Of a stretch of 64,000 nt of DNA, positions 9,385-18,232 are shown one piece after another. Under the pieces are notes generated by a model, which had not been told where the DNA came from, did not search any database, and saw nothing but the letters and a program-made list of their open reading frames with translations. Position 1 is the stretch's first letter. Each line of letters opens with the position of its first letter. The DNA is from a virus (Duplodnaviria; Caudoviricetes), in IMG/VR virus record IMGVR_UViG_3300043432_000238, positions 15,333 through 79,332 of that record; one strand, 5' to 3'. The position numbers were made by a program, and so were the translations under genes.

Positions 9385-10969
9385 CGCACCCACCCCGACC
9401 CCACGCCGGCGCTTGGCGCTCGTCGATCAGGGCGCGATCGATGAAGCGTTGCCGCTGATCCGCATCAGGGCTGGCCAGCTCGCCGGCATCGCCGACGACG
9501 CCGAGGCGCATCTGATCGCCGCCGGCGTCCCCTTCTACCGGCGCGGCAACCGCTTGGTCCGTCCGGTGATCGATACGGTCCCTGCCTCCGATGGCCGTGA
9601 GACCGGCACGCCGCGTCTCGCCGTGATCGACGACGTCTACATGCGTCTGACGCTCGCCCGCCATATCCGCTGGAAAAAGTTCGACGCCCGTGCCCGCGAC
9701 TGGCTGCCGGCCGATCCCTCCAAGGACATCGCCGCCACCATCAACGCCCGCTATGGCGACTGGCGCTTCCCGCCGGTGACCGGCATCATCGGCACGCAGA
9801 CGATGCGCCGCGACGGCAGCCTGCTCCTGGAGCCGGGCTATGACGCCGTGACCGGGCTGATCCTGGTCGATCCGCCCGCGCTGCCCGAGATGGTCGCCGA
9901 GCCGACCTATGACGATGCCCTCGACGCCTTGATCCTCTTGAAGGAGCTGCTCGCCGAATTTCCCTTCAGCGGTCCTGGCAGCCTCGCGGTCGCGCTCTCG
10001 GCGCTAATTACGCCCGTGGTGCGCGCCAGCCTCGACGCCGCCCCCATGCATGCCACGACCGCCCCGCAGGCCGGCAGCGGCAAGAGCTACGTTTTCGACG
10101 TCTCCTCCGCCATATCGCTCGGCCAGCTCTGCCCGGTGATCGCCGCCGGCAAGACCGAGGACGAGATGGAAAAGCGTCTCGGCGCGGCGCTGATGGCCGG
10201 GCAGCCGATCATCTCGATCGACAACGTCAATGGCGGGCTCGGCGGCGAGATGCTCTGCCAGGCCATCGAGCGTCCCCTGATCACGCCGCGCATCCTCGGC
10301 CGGTCGGAGATCGGCCAGGTGCTGAACCGCGCCACCTTTTTCGCCACCGGCAACAATCTCGCCGTGCTCGACGACATGACCCGGCGGGCGCTGATGTCGT
10401 CGCTCGATGCCGGCCAGGAGCGCCCGGAGCTGCGCCGCTTTGCCGCCAAGCCGGCGCAGGTGGTGCTGGCCGGCCGCGGTCCCTACATTGCCGCCTGCCT
10501 CACCATCGTGCGCGCTTATCTTCTCGCCGGCCGGCCAGCGTGCCTCTCCCCGCTAGCCTCCTTCGAAAGCTGGTCCGACAGCGTGCGCTCGGCGCTGGTG
10601 TGGCTCGGGGAGGACGATCCCGTCGTCACCATGGAAAAGGCCCGCGAGAACGACCCTTGCCGCGTGGAACTCGCTACGGTGATGAACGCCTGGGCCGCCG
10701 AAATCGGCACCGGCCGCAGCTACGAGATGACCGCGGCCGAATTGTTGCAGCGCGTCAACGAGGGACAGATCGGCCTGCATGCCTATCCGCGGTTGCGCGA
10801 GGCCATCCATGCCGCTGTCGCGGAAAAAAACCTCAATTCCAAGAGCCTCGGCCGCTGGCTGGCGAAACACGCCGACAAGATCAGCGATGGCCTCAAGCTG
10901 AAGAAAATCGCCGATCCCAAACATGGGAACAGCTTCTATCTCGATGATCCGGGCACCCGGCTCCTATGA
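9374..10969 (+). CDS. Replicative P-loop ATPase/helicase of the primase-associated type; no primase domain recognised
   Basis: Walker A APQAGSGKS, Walker B ISIDNV, FFATGNN, DMTRR. Confidence 0.8.
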   Translation: MLDSAPTPTPRRRLALVDQGAIDEALPLIRIRAGQLAGIADDAEAHLIAAGVPFYRRGNRLVRPVIDTVPASDGRETGTPRLAVIDDVYMRLTLARHIRWKKFDARARDWLPADPSKDIAATINARYGDWRFPPVTGIIGTQTMRRDGSLLLEPGYDAVTGLILVDPPALPEMVAEPTYDDALDALILLKELLAEFPFSGPGSLAVALSALITPVVRASLDAAPMHATTAPQAGSGKSYVFDVSSAISLGQLCPVIAAGKTEDEMEKRLGAALMAGQPIISIDNVNGGLGGEMLCQAIERPLITPRILGRSEIGQVLNRATFFATGNNLAVLDDMTRRALMSSLDAGQERPELRRFAAKPAQVVLAGRGPYIAACLTIVRAYLLAGRPACLSPLASFESWSDSVRSALVWLGEDDPVVTMEKARENDPCRVELATVMNAWAAEIGTGRSYEMTAAELLQRVNEGQIGLHAYPRLREAIHAAVAEKNLNSKSLGRWLAKHADKISDGLKLKKIADPKHGNSFYLDDPGTRLL

Positions 10970-10976
10970 AAGGTAA

Positions 10977-11119
10977 GGGGTGGTTTTGGGGTTTCTGGGG
11001 TTTTTGGGGTCTGATTCAACCAATGCGTAGCAAGTGTCAACACATTTTAGACATATTTGGTGACAGTTACATGTATAGGGCTGAAACGCACCCCAAAAAC
11101 CCCAGAAACCCCAAACCCC
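10977..11119. repeat. 26-bp perfect inverted repeat of G4/C4 tracts around an AT-rich core; candidate replication origin
   Basis: TTTGGGGTTTCTGGGGTTTTTGGGGT at 10985-11010 and its exact reverse complement at 11090-11115; four GGGG runs on the left, four CCCC runs on the right. Confidence 0.85.
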
Positions 11120-11733
11120 TCAAAAATCCGATCACCACCTGGAAGCTCTTGATCTGGGCCTACCGCATCCAGATGGTGCAATACGATACGGATTGGTGCG
11201 GCGACGGCAGCCGTGATGACGCGCTCGGACCACCCGAGATGTTCGATGTCGCGCTGGCCGCCACTGCCGAGCGCAGCATGGCAGCCCATGCCGATGCCCA
11301 TATCGTGCACCGCCATGTCGTCAAGCTGCGCTGGCCGGCTCCGCGCCTGATCATCGACAGCGCCGCGCGCCGTCAGCCGCCGGTCTGGAACCCCGACCTG
11401 CCGCCGCCGCGCGTCGTGCCGGTCTGGATCGGCGGCGAGGGCCGGATCGTACGAAACAGCCGCGAGCTATGGGATGTCGCCGTCTACGGCCGGCTGCGCA
11501 TGCTCTACGGCGTCACCCGCAAGGGCCGCAAGTCGCACGAGCCGAACGGCTGCGCGATCACCTATGCCGGCACCTCGCCACAGGAGATGGCGGCGATCCG
11601 CGCCAAGGCGCGCGATGACTATGCCACCTGGTGGGAAGGGCTCCGCCTGCTGACCATGCAGATGCGCGGCGAGCAGATGTTCGAGCGCTGGCGCATCGAC
11701 GGCATCGGCGCCACTCGTGACCCGTGGAATTAG
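11071..11733 (+). CDS. Hypothetical phage protein (possible late-gene regulator; start uncertain)
   Basis: LLIWAYRIQ...HADAHIVH...YATWWEGLRLL; last gene of the replication operon. Confidence 0.6.
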   Translation: MYRAETHPKNPRNPKPLKNPITTWKLLIWAYRIQMVQYDTDWCGDGSRDDALGPPEMFDVALAATAERSMAAHADAHIVHRHVVKLRWPAPRLIIDSAARRQPPVWNPDLPPPRVVPVWIGGEGRIVRNSRELWDVAVYGRLRMLYGVTRKGRKSHEPNGCAITYAGTSPQEMAAIRAKARDDYATWWEGLRLLTMQMRGEQMFERWRIDGIGATRDPWN

Positions 11734-11948
11734 GATGTGGACTCAATGGCCTCGGCAATTTTCGCAGATCGCCGCTGCGCAAGCCTGATCAGATCGGCGA
11801 CATGTCCCTCGTGTGGCTCATACTCGCCGGATACCCAGCGATGCACCTGCCGCGGGTTGACGTCTAGATCTCGGGCCACGGCATTCTGCCACCGTGGCCC
11901 GTGAAGAGCCTCGCCGAGCAGGCGGAGTTTGTCGAGATTGGTCAGCAT
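11730..11948 (-). CDS. Small HTH protein (Aca-like position)
   Basis: GPRWQNAVARDLDVNPRQVHRWVSGE. Confidence 0.75.
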   Translation of the reverse strand: MLTNLDKLRLLGEALHGPRWQNAVARDLDVNPRQVHRWVSGEYEPHEGHVADLIRLAQRRSAKIAEAIESTS

Positions 11949-12241
11949 CTGTCGATCGCCGAGCCGCAGAGCTTGGCTTTGATGCCGCACCGTTCAAGCT
12001 CGCCCTTATCGGGCGAGAAATGACGGCCAAGATAGCAGCCATCGCCCCAGATTTCCGCCGTCAGCGGACCAACAAAGCCAATCATATCGGCGTCAGGCAG
12101 GATGTCTTCGGGCATGACCGGCCAAGCGCGGCCCTGGTCATCGACGTCCACCAGCATATATTTCGGCGCATACTGGTTGATGTACCTATCTTCGGTCAGG
12201 TAGTCGCCGCGCACTTTGCGCCGGGTGCGGTTGGTGGTCAT
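11942..12241 (-). CDS. Hypothetical protein
   Basis: 99 aa with a GGAG RBS, overlapping the HTH gene. Confidence 0.65.
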   Translation of the reverse strand: MTTNRTRRKVRGDYLTEDRYINQYAPKYMLVDVDDQGRAWPVMPEDILPDADMIGFVGPLTAEIWGDGCYLGRHFSPDKGELERCGIKAKLCGSAIDRC

Positions 12242-12269
12242 GGTTCAGCGCTCCTTGATGTGTGGATGA

Positions 12270-12776
12270 TCAGTGGTTCATTGCGCGATCGATTGCCTCG
12301 CGCCGTTGGGTCTGAACGGCTTGCCATGCTTCCGGGTCAGCCTTGATGGCGGCAGCCAGATCGGCCCCGGCCTTCGCGAGAGCGGCAAGTTCGGCCATTT
12401 CGCCCTCTTCGTGCGAGGGTTTGACGCCGTGGATGCGGGCGTATTCGACGGCTGCGTTTCTGGCTGATCCGACTTCGGCCTGCCGATCGCGGACGGTGTC
12501 CTCCAATTGCCAGATCCTGTTCATCCGGTCGATCAACGTCGGCGCATAGTGCTGATTGGCGGCCAGGATGGCGTCGATCTCCGTCTCAGTGAGGGCGTAT
12601 TTGCTATCCACGACAGCTACGATCACCTGCCCGCTGGAATGCTTTTTGGGCGTGATCAGCGGCTGATAGACAGCACGCTTGCCGTTGATCATCAGCTCGC
12701 CCACGCCGCCTTTGCAGGGCGTGCAGGTCAGTTTGTCGCCATTCGCGAATGTCTTGATGTCGATCGTTTTCTGCAT
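12270..12776 (-). CDS. Hypothetical protein
   Basis: 168 aa with an AGGAGG RBS. Confidence 0.7.
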   Translation of the reverse strand: MQKTIDIKTFANGDKLTCTPCKGGVGELMINGKRAVYQPLITPKKHSSGQVIVAVVDSKYALTETEIDAILAANQHYAPTLIDRMNRIWQLEDTVRDRQAEVGSARNAAVEYARIHGVKPSHEEGEMAELAALAKAGADLAAAIKADPEAWQAVQTQRREAIDRAMNH

Positions 12777-12823
12777 CGTCGTGGCCTCCTGCCATCAGTT
12801 GAGCGGCCCGATCGCCGTCTCAA

Positions 12824-12842
12824 TGTCTATAATATATAGACA
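12824..12842. promoter_or_regulatory. Palindromic operator upstream of the 12776-11730 operon
   Basis: TGTCTATA-ATA-TATAGACA, 8-bp perfect arms in an AT-rich promoter-like stretch. Confidence 0.6.
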
Positions 12843-12967
12843 GTCATCGGCGTTGACAACAGCGAATTCGTGACCATTCGGAAAAAGGTTATTGACAAAA
12901 ACGGGAAAATCCAAAATGCTTCGGCAAGATTGTGGTATGGCTCGAAAATTATCCGGGCCAGGACGAT

Positions 12968-13002
12968 GCCCGCCCGGACTTGGTCCGCGTTGCGGGCTTT
13001 TT
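12968..13002 (+). terminator. Terminator-like hairpin
   Basis: GCCCGC...GCGGGC-TTTTT with an internal CGGAC/GTCCG stem. Confidence 0.45.
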
Positions 13003-13114
13003 CATGATGACGCCGCCGAGCTTCGCGAAGACGTGCTGCAGAATAAATAGGCTGATGAAACTTCAGATTGCACTTCTGCAACTTGCACCCAACGTTACAG
13101 ATTGAGTTGACCGA

Positions 13115-13318
13115 ATGAGCGCAATCTTCGACCGCACCTCCTTCGGCCGTCAGGAGTTCGAGCCCTATTGGTGGACGGATAATTGGACCGCGGAGCAGAA
13201 GCAGAGCGACGGCGATCCGAAGAACCGCATCGGCCACATGCAGCGCACCAAGGCGCGCATCGACGCCGACCTGGCAAAAGAGCCCGACCATGTCTTCGGT
13301 CCCGAGATCACGCGGTGA
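13115..13318 (+). CDS. Hypothetical protein
   Basis: 67-aa ORF opening the rightward late region. Confidence 0.55.
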   Translation: MSAIFDRTSFGRQEFEPYWWTDNWTAEQKQSDGDPKNRIGHMQRTKARIDADLAKEPDHVFGPEITR

Positions 13319-13462
13319 GCGCCACCGGCATCGCTCTCGCTCTGGTGCTGTTCTTGCTGGCCTGCAACGCCGCGGCTGTCTGGCTTGGTGGCTGGTGAGC
13401 CTCGCCGAGCTGCTCTACTTCGCATTCCTGATCGTGCTGATCTTTTCTGTGGTCGAGGGCGG

Positions 13463-13810
13463 ATGACGACGACTGACGCCGCGGTCAAGCCGCATTGCCG
13501 TATCGGGAAGATCCGTGCCAAGAACGGCGCCGAGCTTCGCGTCCTCCCCGGCCTTGCCGAGCGCAACGCCAAAGAGGCATGGACCGATCTGCGCTCGAAG
13601 GTCGCCAAAGCCGAAAAGCATTACGGCGAGACCCTCGACGGCTTCATCCTGATCGCCTGGGATGCCGAGGGTTGGTGGAGCTGTTTCCATCGCGCTGGCC
13701 GCATGAGGCATGGCAATTCGCTCGCCGATTTCGCTCGCGGCGCCGTGCAGCGGCAGTTCGCATATGAAGAAAGCGCACAGGCGATCGAGGACCTGCTGCA
13801 GAACAAATGA
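13463..13810 (+). CDS. Hypothetical protein
   Basis: Start MTTTDAAV with a GAGG RBS. Confidence 0.65.
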   Translation: MTTTDAAVKPHCRIGKIRAKNGAELRVLPGLAERNAKEAWTDLRSKVAKAEKHYGETLDGFILIAWDAEGWWSCFHRAGRMRHGNSLADFARGAVQRQFAYEESAQAIEDLLQNK

Positions 13811-13871
13811 CCGGTTTATAAAGCTTTAGATTGTACTCAATCGGAGCATACACGCAATCGGTCGCATGCGC

Positions 13872-13897
13872 AAAAAAAACCCGCCTCCAGGGCGGGC
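13872..13897 (-). terminator. Rho-independent terminator for the minus-strand morons
   Basis: Minus strand reads GCCCGCCCTGGAGGCGGG-TTTTTTTT. Confidence 0.8.
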
Positions 13898-13918
13898 TGA
13901 TGGCGAGACATGAGCTGT

Positions 13919-14146
13919 TCACGCATTGTCTCTGTGCGTCCTGATCGCGTCCAGCATCGTCTTGGATGCATCCACGATCCGTCTAAGGCATTTCGCGGCA
14001 AAAGCCTTGGCCAGCTTCATATTTTCGGCTGTGGCTGAAATATCGCCGCCTGTGGCGAGACAGTCGCTGGACAGTCGCCAGACAATGGCGCGGTCCATCG
14101 GGACAGTGACGGCGCCGCGTGGACGTTTGGTGGACGGCTTGGGCAT
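13919..14146 (-). CDS. Hypothetical protein
   Basis: Short ORF between the membrane-HTH gene and the terminator. Confidence 0.4.
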   Translation of the reverse strand: MPKPSTKRPRGAVTVPMDRAIVWRLSSDCLATGGDISATAENMKLAKAFAAKCLRRIVDASKTMLDAIRTHRDNA

Positions 14147-14197
14147 CGGGTGTCTCCATGGATGTGGAGACCGGGCACGGGGCCCGGCCTTCACGGG

Positions 14198-15256
14198 TTA
14201 CGCGACACGGCGGATTTTCGGAACGGAGAACTCGGTCCTCCGTCCGGAACGGACGACGGTGAGAGCACCGCTCTCGATCCAGCGCTGCACCCATTTGGCG
14301 AAGGTCGAGCGGGCCACTCCGATCTCATCGGCGATCTTGTTGCCGGATGCGATGTAGGTGCCCTGGCTCGTACGGATGCGCTGACGGAGCCAGTCGAGCG
14401 CCGCGGCCTCAGTCATGACCGCCGGCGTCTCTGTGGCGGCCGGCTCCGGCTGGTCCTCCGCTGACTGGCGCCGGGACTTGACGCCCGAGCCGATCAGCTT
14501 GACGGCGGTATGGGCCAAGAGCGCCACGCCCTGGGTCACCAAGATGCCGAGGATGGTCATCACCAAGGCGATGGTCCTGGCGATGTCTGCGGCGTCCCGG
14601 TTCGTCCTGGCGGCGATCCAGGTCGCCACCATCGAGGCTTCGGACGGTCCGGCCTCGGCATCGGTCTTGGCCTCGGCGAGCTCGGCCTTCGCGGCGTCGC
14701 GCGTCTTGGCCTCGGCGAGGCGGTCGAGCAAGGCGGCGTGAGCGGCCTTGGCCTCGCGGCAGAACTTGAAGCAGGAGGCGGCACCCATCTTCTTGGTGTC
14801 ACCCTGCTCCAGTGCCTCCGCCGTCTTGCCGGCATCGGCGATCAGCCGTTCCAGCGTGGCGGTGTCGGCGGTCTCCTTGATGGCCGCCAGCGTCGCTCTC
14901 GCGCGGGCCTGGTCCTTCTCGGCCGAGGCGTATTTGGCCGCCTCGGCGGTGCGTCCCAGGATCTGTGCACCCATCTTCTGGGCATAGGCATTGATCGCCG
15001 CCCAGCAGGTCAACAGGACGCATACCGCAGTGAGCGTGCGCAACAGGCTGGACCAGCCGAAGATGGCCGCGACCGCCGGCAATGCGGCAACGCAGACGGC
15101 GGCGATGACCATCACCGTCGCGAGCTCCGGCGAGATGCCGGCGCCGTACTCGTAGTTGTTGATGATGTCGACCTTCAGCGCGCTCATGGCGATGGCGCCG
15201 AGGCCGATCCCGGTCAGGATTTGCATCCATCTCGGGACTGTGCTAGCGTTATGCAC
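14198..15256 (-). CDS. Membrane-anchored coiled-coil protein with C-terminal winged HTH
   Basis: Three N-terminal hydrophobic helices, an Ala/Lys/Glu coiled coil, a further TM segment, then SGNKIADEIGVARSTFAKWVQRW. Confidence 0.8.
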   Translation of the reverse strand: MHNASTVPRWMQILTGIGLGAIAMSALKVDIINNYEYGAGISPELATVMVIAAVCVAALPAVAAIFGWSSLLRTLTAVCVLLTCWAAINAYAQKMGAQILGRTAEAAKYASAEKDQARARATLAAIKETADTATLERLIADAGKTAEALEQGDTKKMGAASCFKFCREAKAAHAALLDRLAEAKTRDAAKAELAEAKTDAEAGPSEASMVATWIAARTNRDAADIARTIALVMTILGILVTQGVALLAHTAVKLIGSGVKSRRQSAEDQPEPAATETPAVMTEAAALDWLRQRIRTSQGTYIASGNKIADEIGVARSTFAKWVQRWIESGALTVVRSGRRTEFSVPKIRRVA

Positions 15257-15548
15257 TGCAAGTCCTCCGTTTGGTCATGGTGGGGTTTTGCCTGTGTTGC
15301 CCGGCCGTGGTGTGGGCCACCACGCGCCGGGTTTTTGCTGGGCTAACGGCGGGTGACGAACGTCGCCGCAAAAGCTGTTTCCAGCCTCCGCGTCCTCGCT
15401 GCCATGATCCGCTGATAGCGCTCGCCGACGGCTGCACGGCGCTCGATCGTCCAGCCGCGGTCGATATAGGTTCTGTTCATGGGTTGTCCTCTGTGTGGAG
15501 GCGTCTCGCATCTCCCTGCAAGGACAGCCCGAAGGCTGTCCGAGAGGA

Positions 15549-15731
15549 TTATTCGGCGGGGTAACAGTCTGGGTAGGAGGCGGAAACGCAGACTTCTCCG
15601 CGTTCGAGTTTGACTTCCACCATACCTTCACAGATGCCAGACAGAACGGCGGCGATGCGGCCAGGGTGGCCGTTGCAAATCACTTTGTCGCCTACGGAAA
15701 ACTTGAATTTCTCGCCGATTTGATAGGCCAT
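15549..15731 (-). CDS. Small hypothetical protein (SH3/KOW-like)
   Basis: FSVGDKVICNGHPGRI; GGAGG RBS. Confidence 0.6.
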   Translation of the reverse strand: MAYQIGEKFKFSVGDKVICNGHPGRIAAVLSGICEGMVEVKLERGEVCVSASYPDCYPAE

Positions 15732-15958
15732 GTCGTCCTCCAGGATGGTTGAGTTGTCCTTGGAGAGAGATGCGCGTCGCTTCGGGCTTTTCAGCTCCCC
15801 CGCGCCGGCTTGATCCAGGGCTCCTCCCCTTTACGGGGAACCTTCGCGGCGCGGGTTCGTCGCGATGACAAGGGGATTGTAGCGCGGTTTCCGCGCAAAC
15901 ACCAAGGAAAGGTCGCGGTTCCCGCGCCTAATATGCGATCACGTTTTCGTGAACACAG

Positions 15959-16198
15959 TCAATCGATCGGGATAACGAGCTGCGCAAGCGCGTGGATAAG
16001 CTCCGGCCCAAGTTGCTCCACGATGAAATCGCGCAGCTCGTGCCGATCGATGACGATGGCGACTTGATTGTGTCGCATCGTCGCGAGAGCCATGCCGCCG
16101 CCGAAAGGCAGCTTGGCCGCGCGCTTGATCTCGGTTTTGTTCATCGGGCGGCCGATGACGATGAAATGGTCTTTGTGACGGGTGATCATCGCTTTCAT
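15959..16198 (-). CDS. Hypothetical protein
   Basis: Coupled to the stop of the XRE gene. Confidence 0.55.
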   Translation of the reverse strand: MKAMITRHKDHFIVIGRPMNKTEIKRAAKLPFGGGMALATMRHNQVAIVIDRHELRDFIVEQLGPELIHALAQLVIPID

Positions 16199-16437
16199 TC
16201 CGGCCAAGGCTCCGGTATGCTGGCGCCCTTCGCCATCATATCCATGAGCACGCGGGCTGCGTAGTCGGGCACGGCGGGGCGTCCTGTCTTGGGATCGGGC
16301 CGCTCGTAGGCTTGGATGGCGCGCCGGCTTTTCTGCAATTTCGCCGCCGCCTCTTCTTGGGTAAGCCCAAGCATCAGCCGCCAGCGGGCGAAACTGGTCG
16401 CCGCGTTCTCGATCTTCTCTGCGCGCTTTCTGCTCAT
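16195..16437 (-). CDS. XRE-family HTH protein
   Basis: FARWRLMLGLTQEEAAAKLQKSRRAIQAYE. Confidence 0.85.
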   Translation of the reverse strand: MSRKRAEKIENAATSFARWRLMLGLTQEEAAAKLQKSRRAIQAYERPDPKTGRPAVPDYAARVLMDMMAKGASIPEPWPE

Positions 16438-16503
16438 GACAGCATCTTTGTGCACAGAAACTGCGTTCGTCAAGTCTCAGTCATAATCGAAAGGACCACC
16501 CGC

Positions 16504-16605
16504 ATGGCGAAATCGCCCAAGCCTGCATCGAGTCCGAAGCCTTCGTCTTCCAAGCCTGCGCCCAAGCCGATGGGCGGCGGCAAAGGCGGCAAGCGCGGCT
16601 GCTGA
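16504..16605 (+). CDS. 33-aa Lys/Pro/Ser-rich basic peptide
   Basis: GAAAGGA RBS; MAKSPKPASSPKPSSSKPAPKPMGGGKGGKRGC. Confidence 0.6.
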   Translation: MAKSPKPASSPKPSSSKPAPKPMGGGKGGKRGC

Positions 16606-16618
16606 GGCGGAAAGACAC

Positions 16619-16816
16619 ATGCCCAGCACCAGCCAGGCCCAGCACCGTTTCATGAACATCATCGCCCACTCGCCGAAATTCGCCAAGAAAGCCGGCGTCA
16701 AGCAATCCGTCGGCCGCGATTTCGTCGCCGCTGACAAGAAGCGCGGTAAGAAGGCGCTCGGCAAGCTGCCGGCCCGGGTCGCGCCGAAGCGCACCATCGC
16801 AGCGGGCGGCTACTGA
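16619..16816 (+). CDS. Small basic phage protein
   Basis: MPSTSQAQHRFM...AHSPKFAKKAGV...DFVAADK, a pattern common near phage packaging genes. Confidence 0.75.
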   Translation: MPSTSQAQHRFMNIIAHSPKFAKKAGVKQSVGRDFVAADKKRGKKALGKLPARVAPKRTIAAGGY

Positions 16817-17250
16817 TGAGCGACCGGCCCGGCTACCTGATCGCGACGATTGGCCCAACCGGGCACCTCACCATCTTCTCGACCCATTGGACCGAGGGCG
16901 AGGCGCGGCGCATGCTCGACGGCCTGGGCCGCCTGATCGGGCACGATCACACCGCCTATCTCATCGTGGTGCCTGAGGGCGAAGGCGTGGTTGACGAGCC
17001 GCAGATACGGCTCGAGCCGAAATCACCGAGCCCGGCGCAGGCGGCACCAGCGCCAATGTCGGACTCGGCTCCAGCCTCCGCACCAGCGCAGCCGCCAGCG
17101 CCTGCCGAGAAGCCGGCTCCCTTCCGCCGCCGGTCGCAAGCCGAATTCGAAGCCGAGACCATCGCTATGATGAACGGCGAGATCCCCATGGACGGCATCC
17201 GGTTCCGCGACGCCGACGCGCCGCTCTCCGAAGGCGGAGCGATCTCCTGA
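16816..17250 (+). CDS. Hypothetical protein with Pro/Ala linker
   Basis: TGATG coupling at both ends. Confidence 0.65.
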   Translation: MSDRPGYLIATIGPTGHLTIFSTHWTEGEARRMLDGLGRLIGHDHTAYLIVVPEGEGVVDEPQIRLEPKSPSPAQAAPAPMSDSAPASAPAQPPAPAEKPAPFRRRSQAEFEAETIAMMNGEIPMDGIRFRDADAPLSEGGAIS

Positions 17251-17654
17251 TGCCGCTCGATCACGTCCATGGCGAGCGCATCGAGGGGCTCGACGAGGTG
17301 TTCCTGGTCGCGCCCTTTGAGAAATATGCCGAGCAGACGCGCCTCACCGCGATCGTCGAGGAAACCACCGGGGGCAAGTTCAAGCGCAAGGTCAAGCGCG
17401 AGCGCCGCATCGTCGACGTCGCCATGGGCTACGCGGCAAATGGCTTCGCCAAGATGGGCCTGCCGCAAAACAGCGAGATCGACATCCTGGTCCAGGAATA
17501 TGTCCGGGTGAACCAGGTCGCATTTCTGTTCTGCGCTCGCATGGGCGGCAAGGACTATTACATCGCGCCGCCGGCGGTGTTCCAGCTCGGCGAGGAGCAG
17601 ATCGCCGACCTGACGCTGCGCGGGCTTTGGCAACCCTACAGGCTGAATTCATGA
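17250..17654 (+). CDS. Hypothetical protein
   Basis: 134 aa, coupled to TerS. Confidence 0.65.
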   Translation: MPLDHVHGERIEGLDEVFLVAPFEKYAEQTRLTAIVEETTGGKFKRKVKRERRIVDVAMGYAANGFAKMGLPQNSEIDILVQEYVRVNQVAFLFCARMGGKDYYIAPPAVFQLGEEQIADLTLRGLWQPYRLNS

Positions 17655-18232
17655 GCGACGACAAGCCCGGCGCCTGGAAAGAGGGCCTCGAGCCCAAGCA
17701 GGTCCGCTTCGTCGAGGAATATCTCGTCGACCTCAACGGCACGCAGGCGGCGATCCGGGCCGGCTATTCCGAGCACACCGCCAACCAGCTCGCCTACCAG
17801 CTCTTGCGCAAGCCGAAGGTCGCCGAAGCCGTCGCATTGGCGATGGCCGAAAGACCCGGCGTCACGCGCGCGCGGATCGTCGACGAGCTGGCCAGCATCG
17901 CCTTCGCCAATGCCGGGGATTATTTCGCCTGGGGGCCAGACGGCGTCACCGTGAAGCCAAGCGATGACCTGACGGAAGCCCAGCGCGGCGTCATTGCCGA
18001 GGTCAGCCAGACCGTCACCGAGAAGGGCGGCGCCATCCGCGTCAAGCTCTCGGATAAGCAGGCGGCGCTGGAGAAACTGGCGCGGGTGTTCGGCATGTTC
18101 TCCGACAAGGTCGAGCTGACCGGCAAGGGCGGCGAGCCGCTGGCGCCGGAGACCGGCACGCGCGATCTGGCCAGAGCGGTCTTGGATATTCTGCGCACGG
18201 CGCAAGTCAAGAAAGAGGGCGACGGCCAATGA
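17651..18232 (+). CDS. terS: Terminase small subunit
   Basis: KQVRFVEEYLVDLNGTQAAIRAGYS...DKQAALEKL...KVELTGKGG. Confidence 0.93.
   Translation: MSDDKPGAWKEGLEPKQVRFVEEYLVDLNGTQAAIRAGYSEHTANQLAYQLLRKPKVAEAVALAMAERPGVTRARIVDELASIAFANAGDYFAWGPDGVTVKPSDDLTEAQRGVIAEVSQTVTEKGGAIRVKLSDKQAALEKLARVFGMFSDKVELTGKGGEPLAPETGTRDLARAVLDILRTAQVKKEGDGQ

Noticed and set aside
10966-11125. FWGFWGFWG and PKNPRNPKP peptide repeats at the start of ORF 10966
   Set aside because: They are a by-product of the G/C-tract inverted repeat; the real start is probably downstream.
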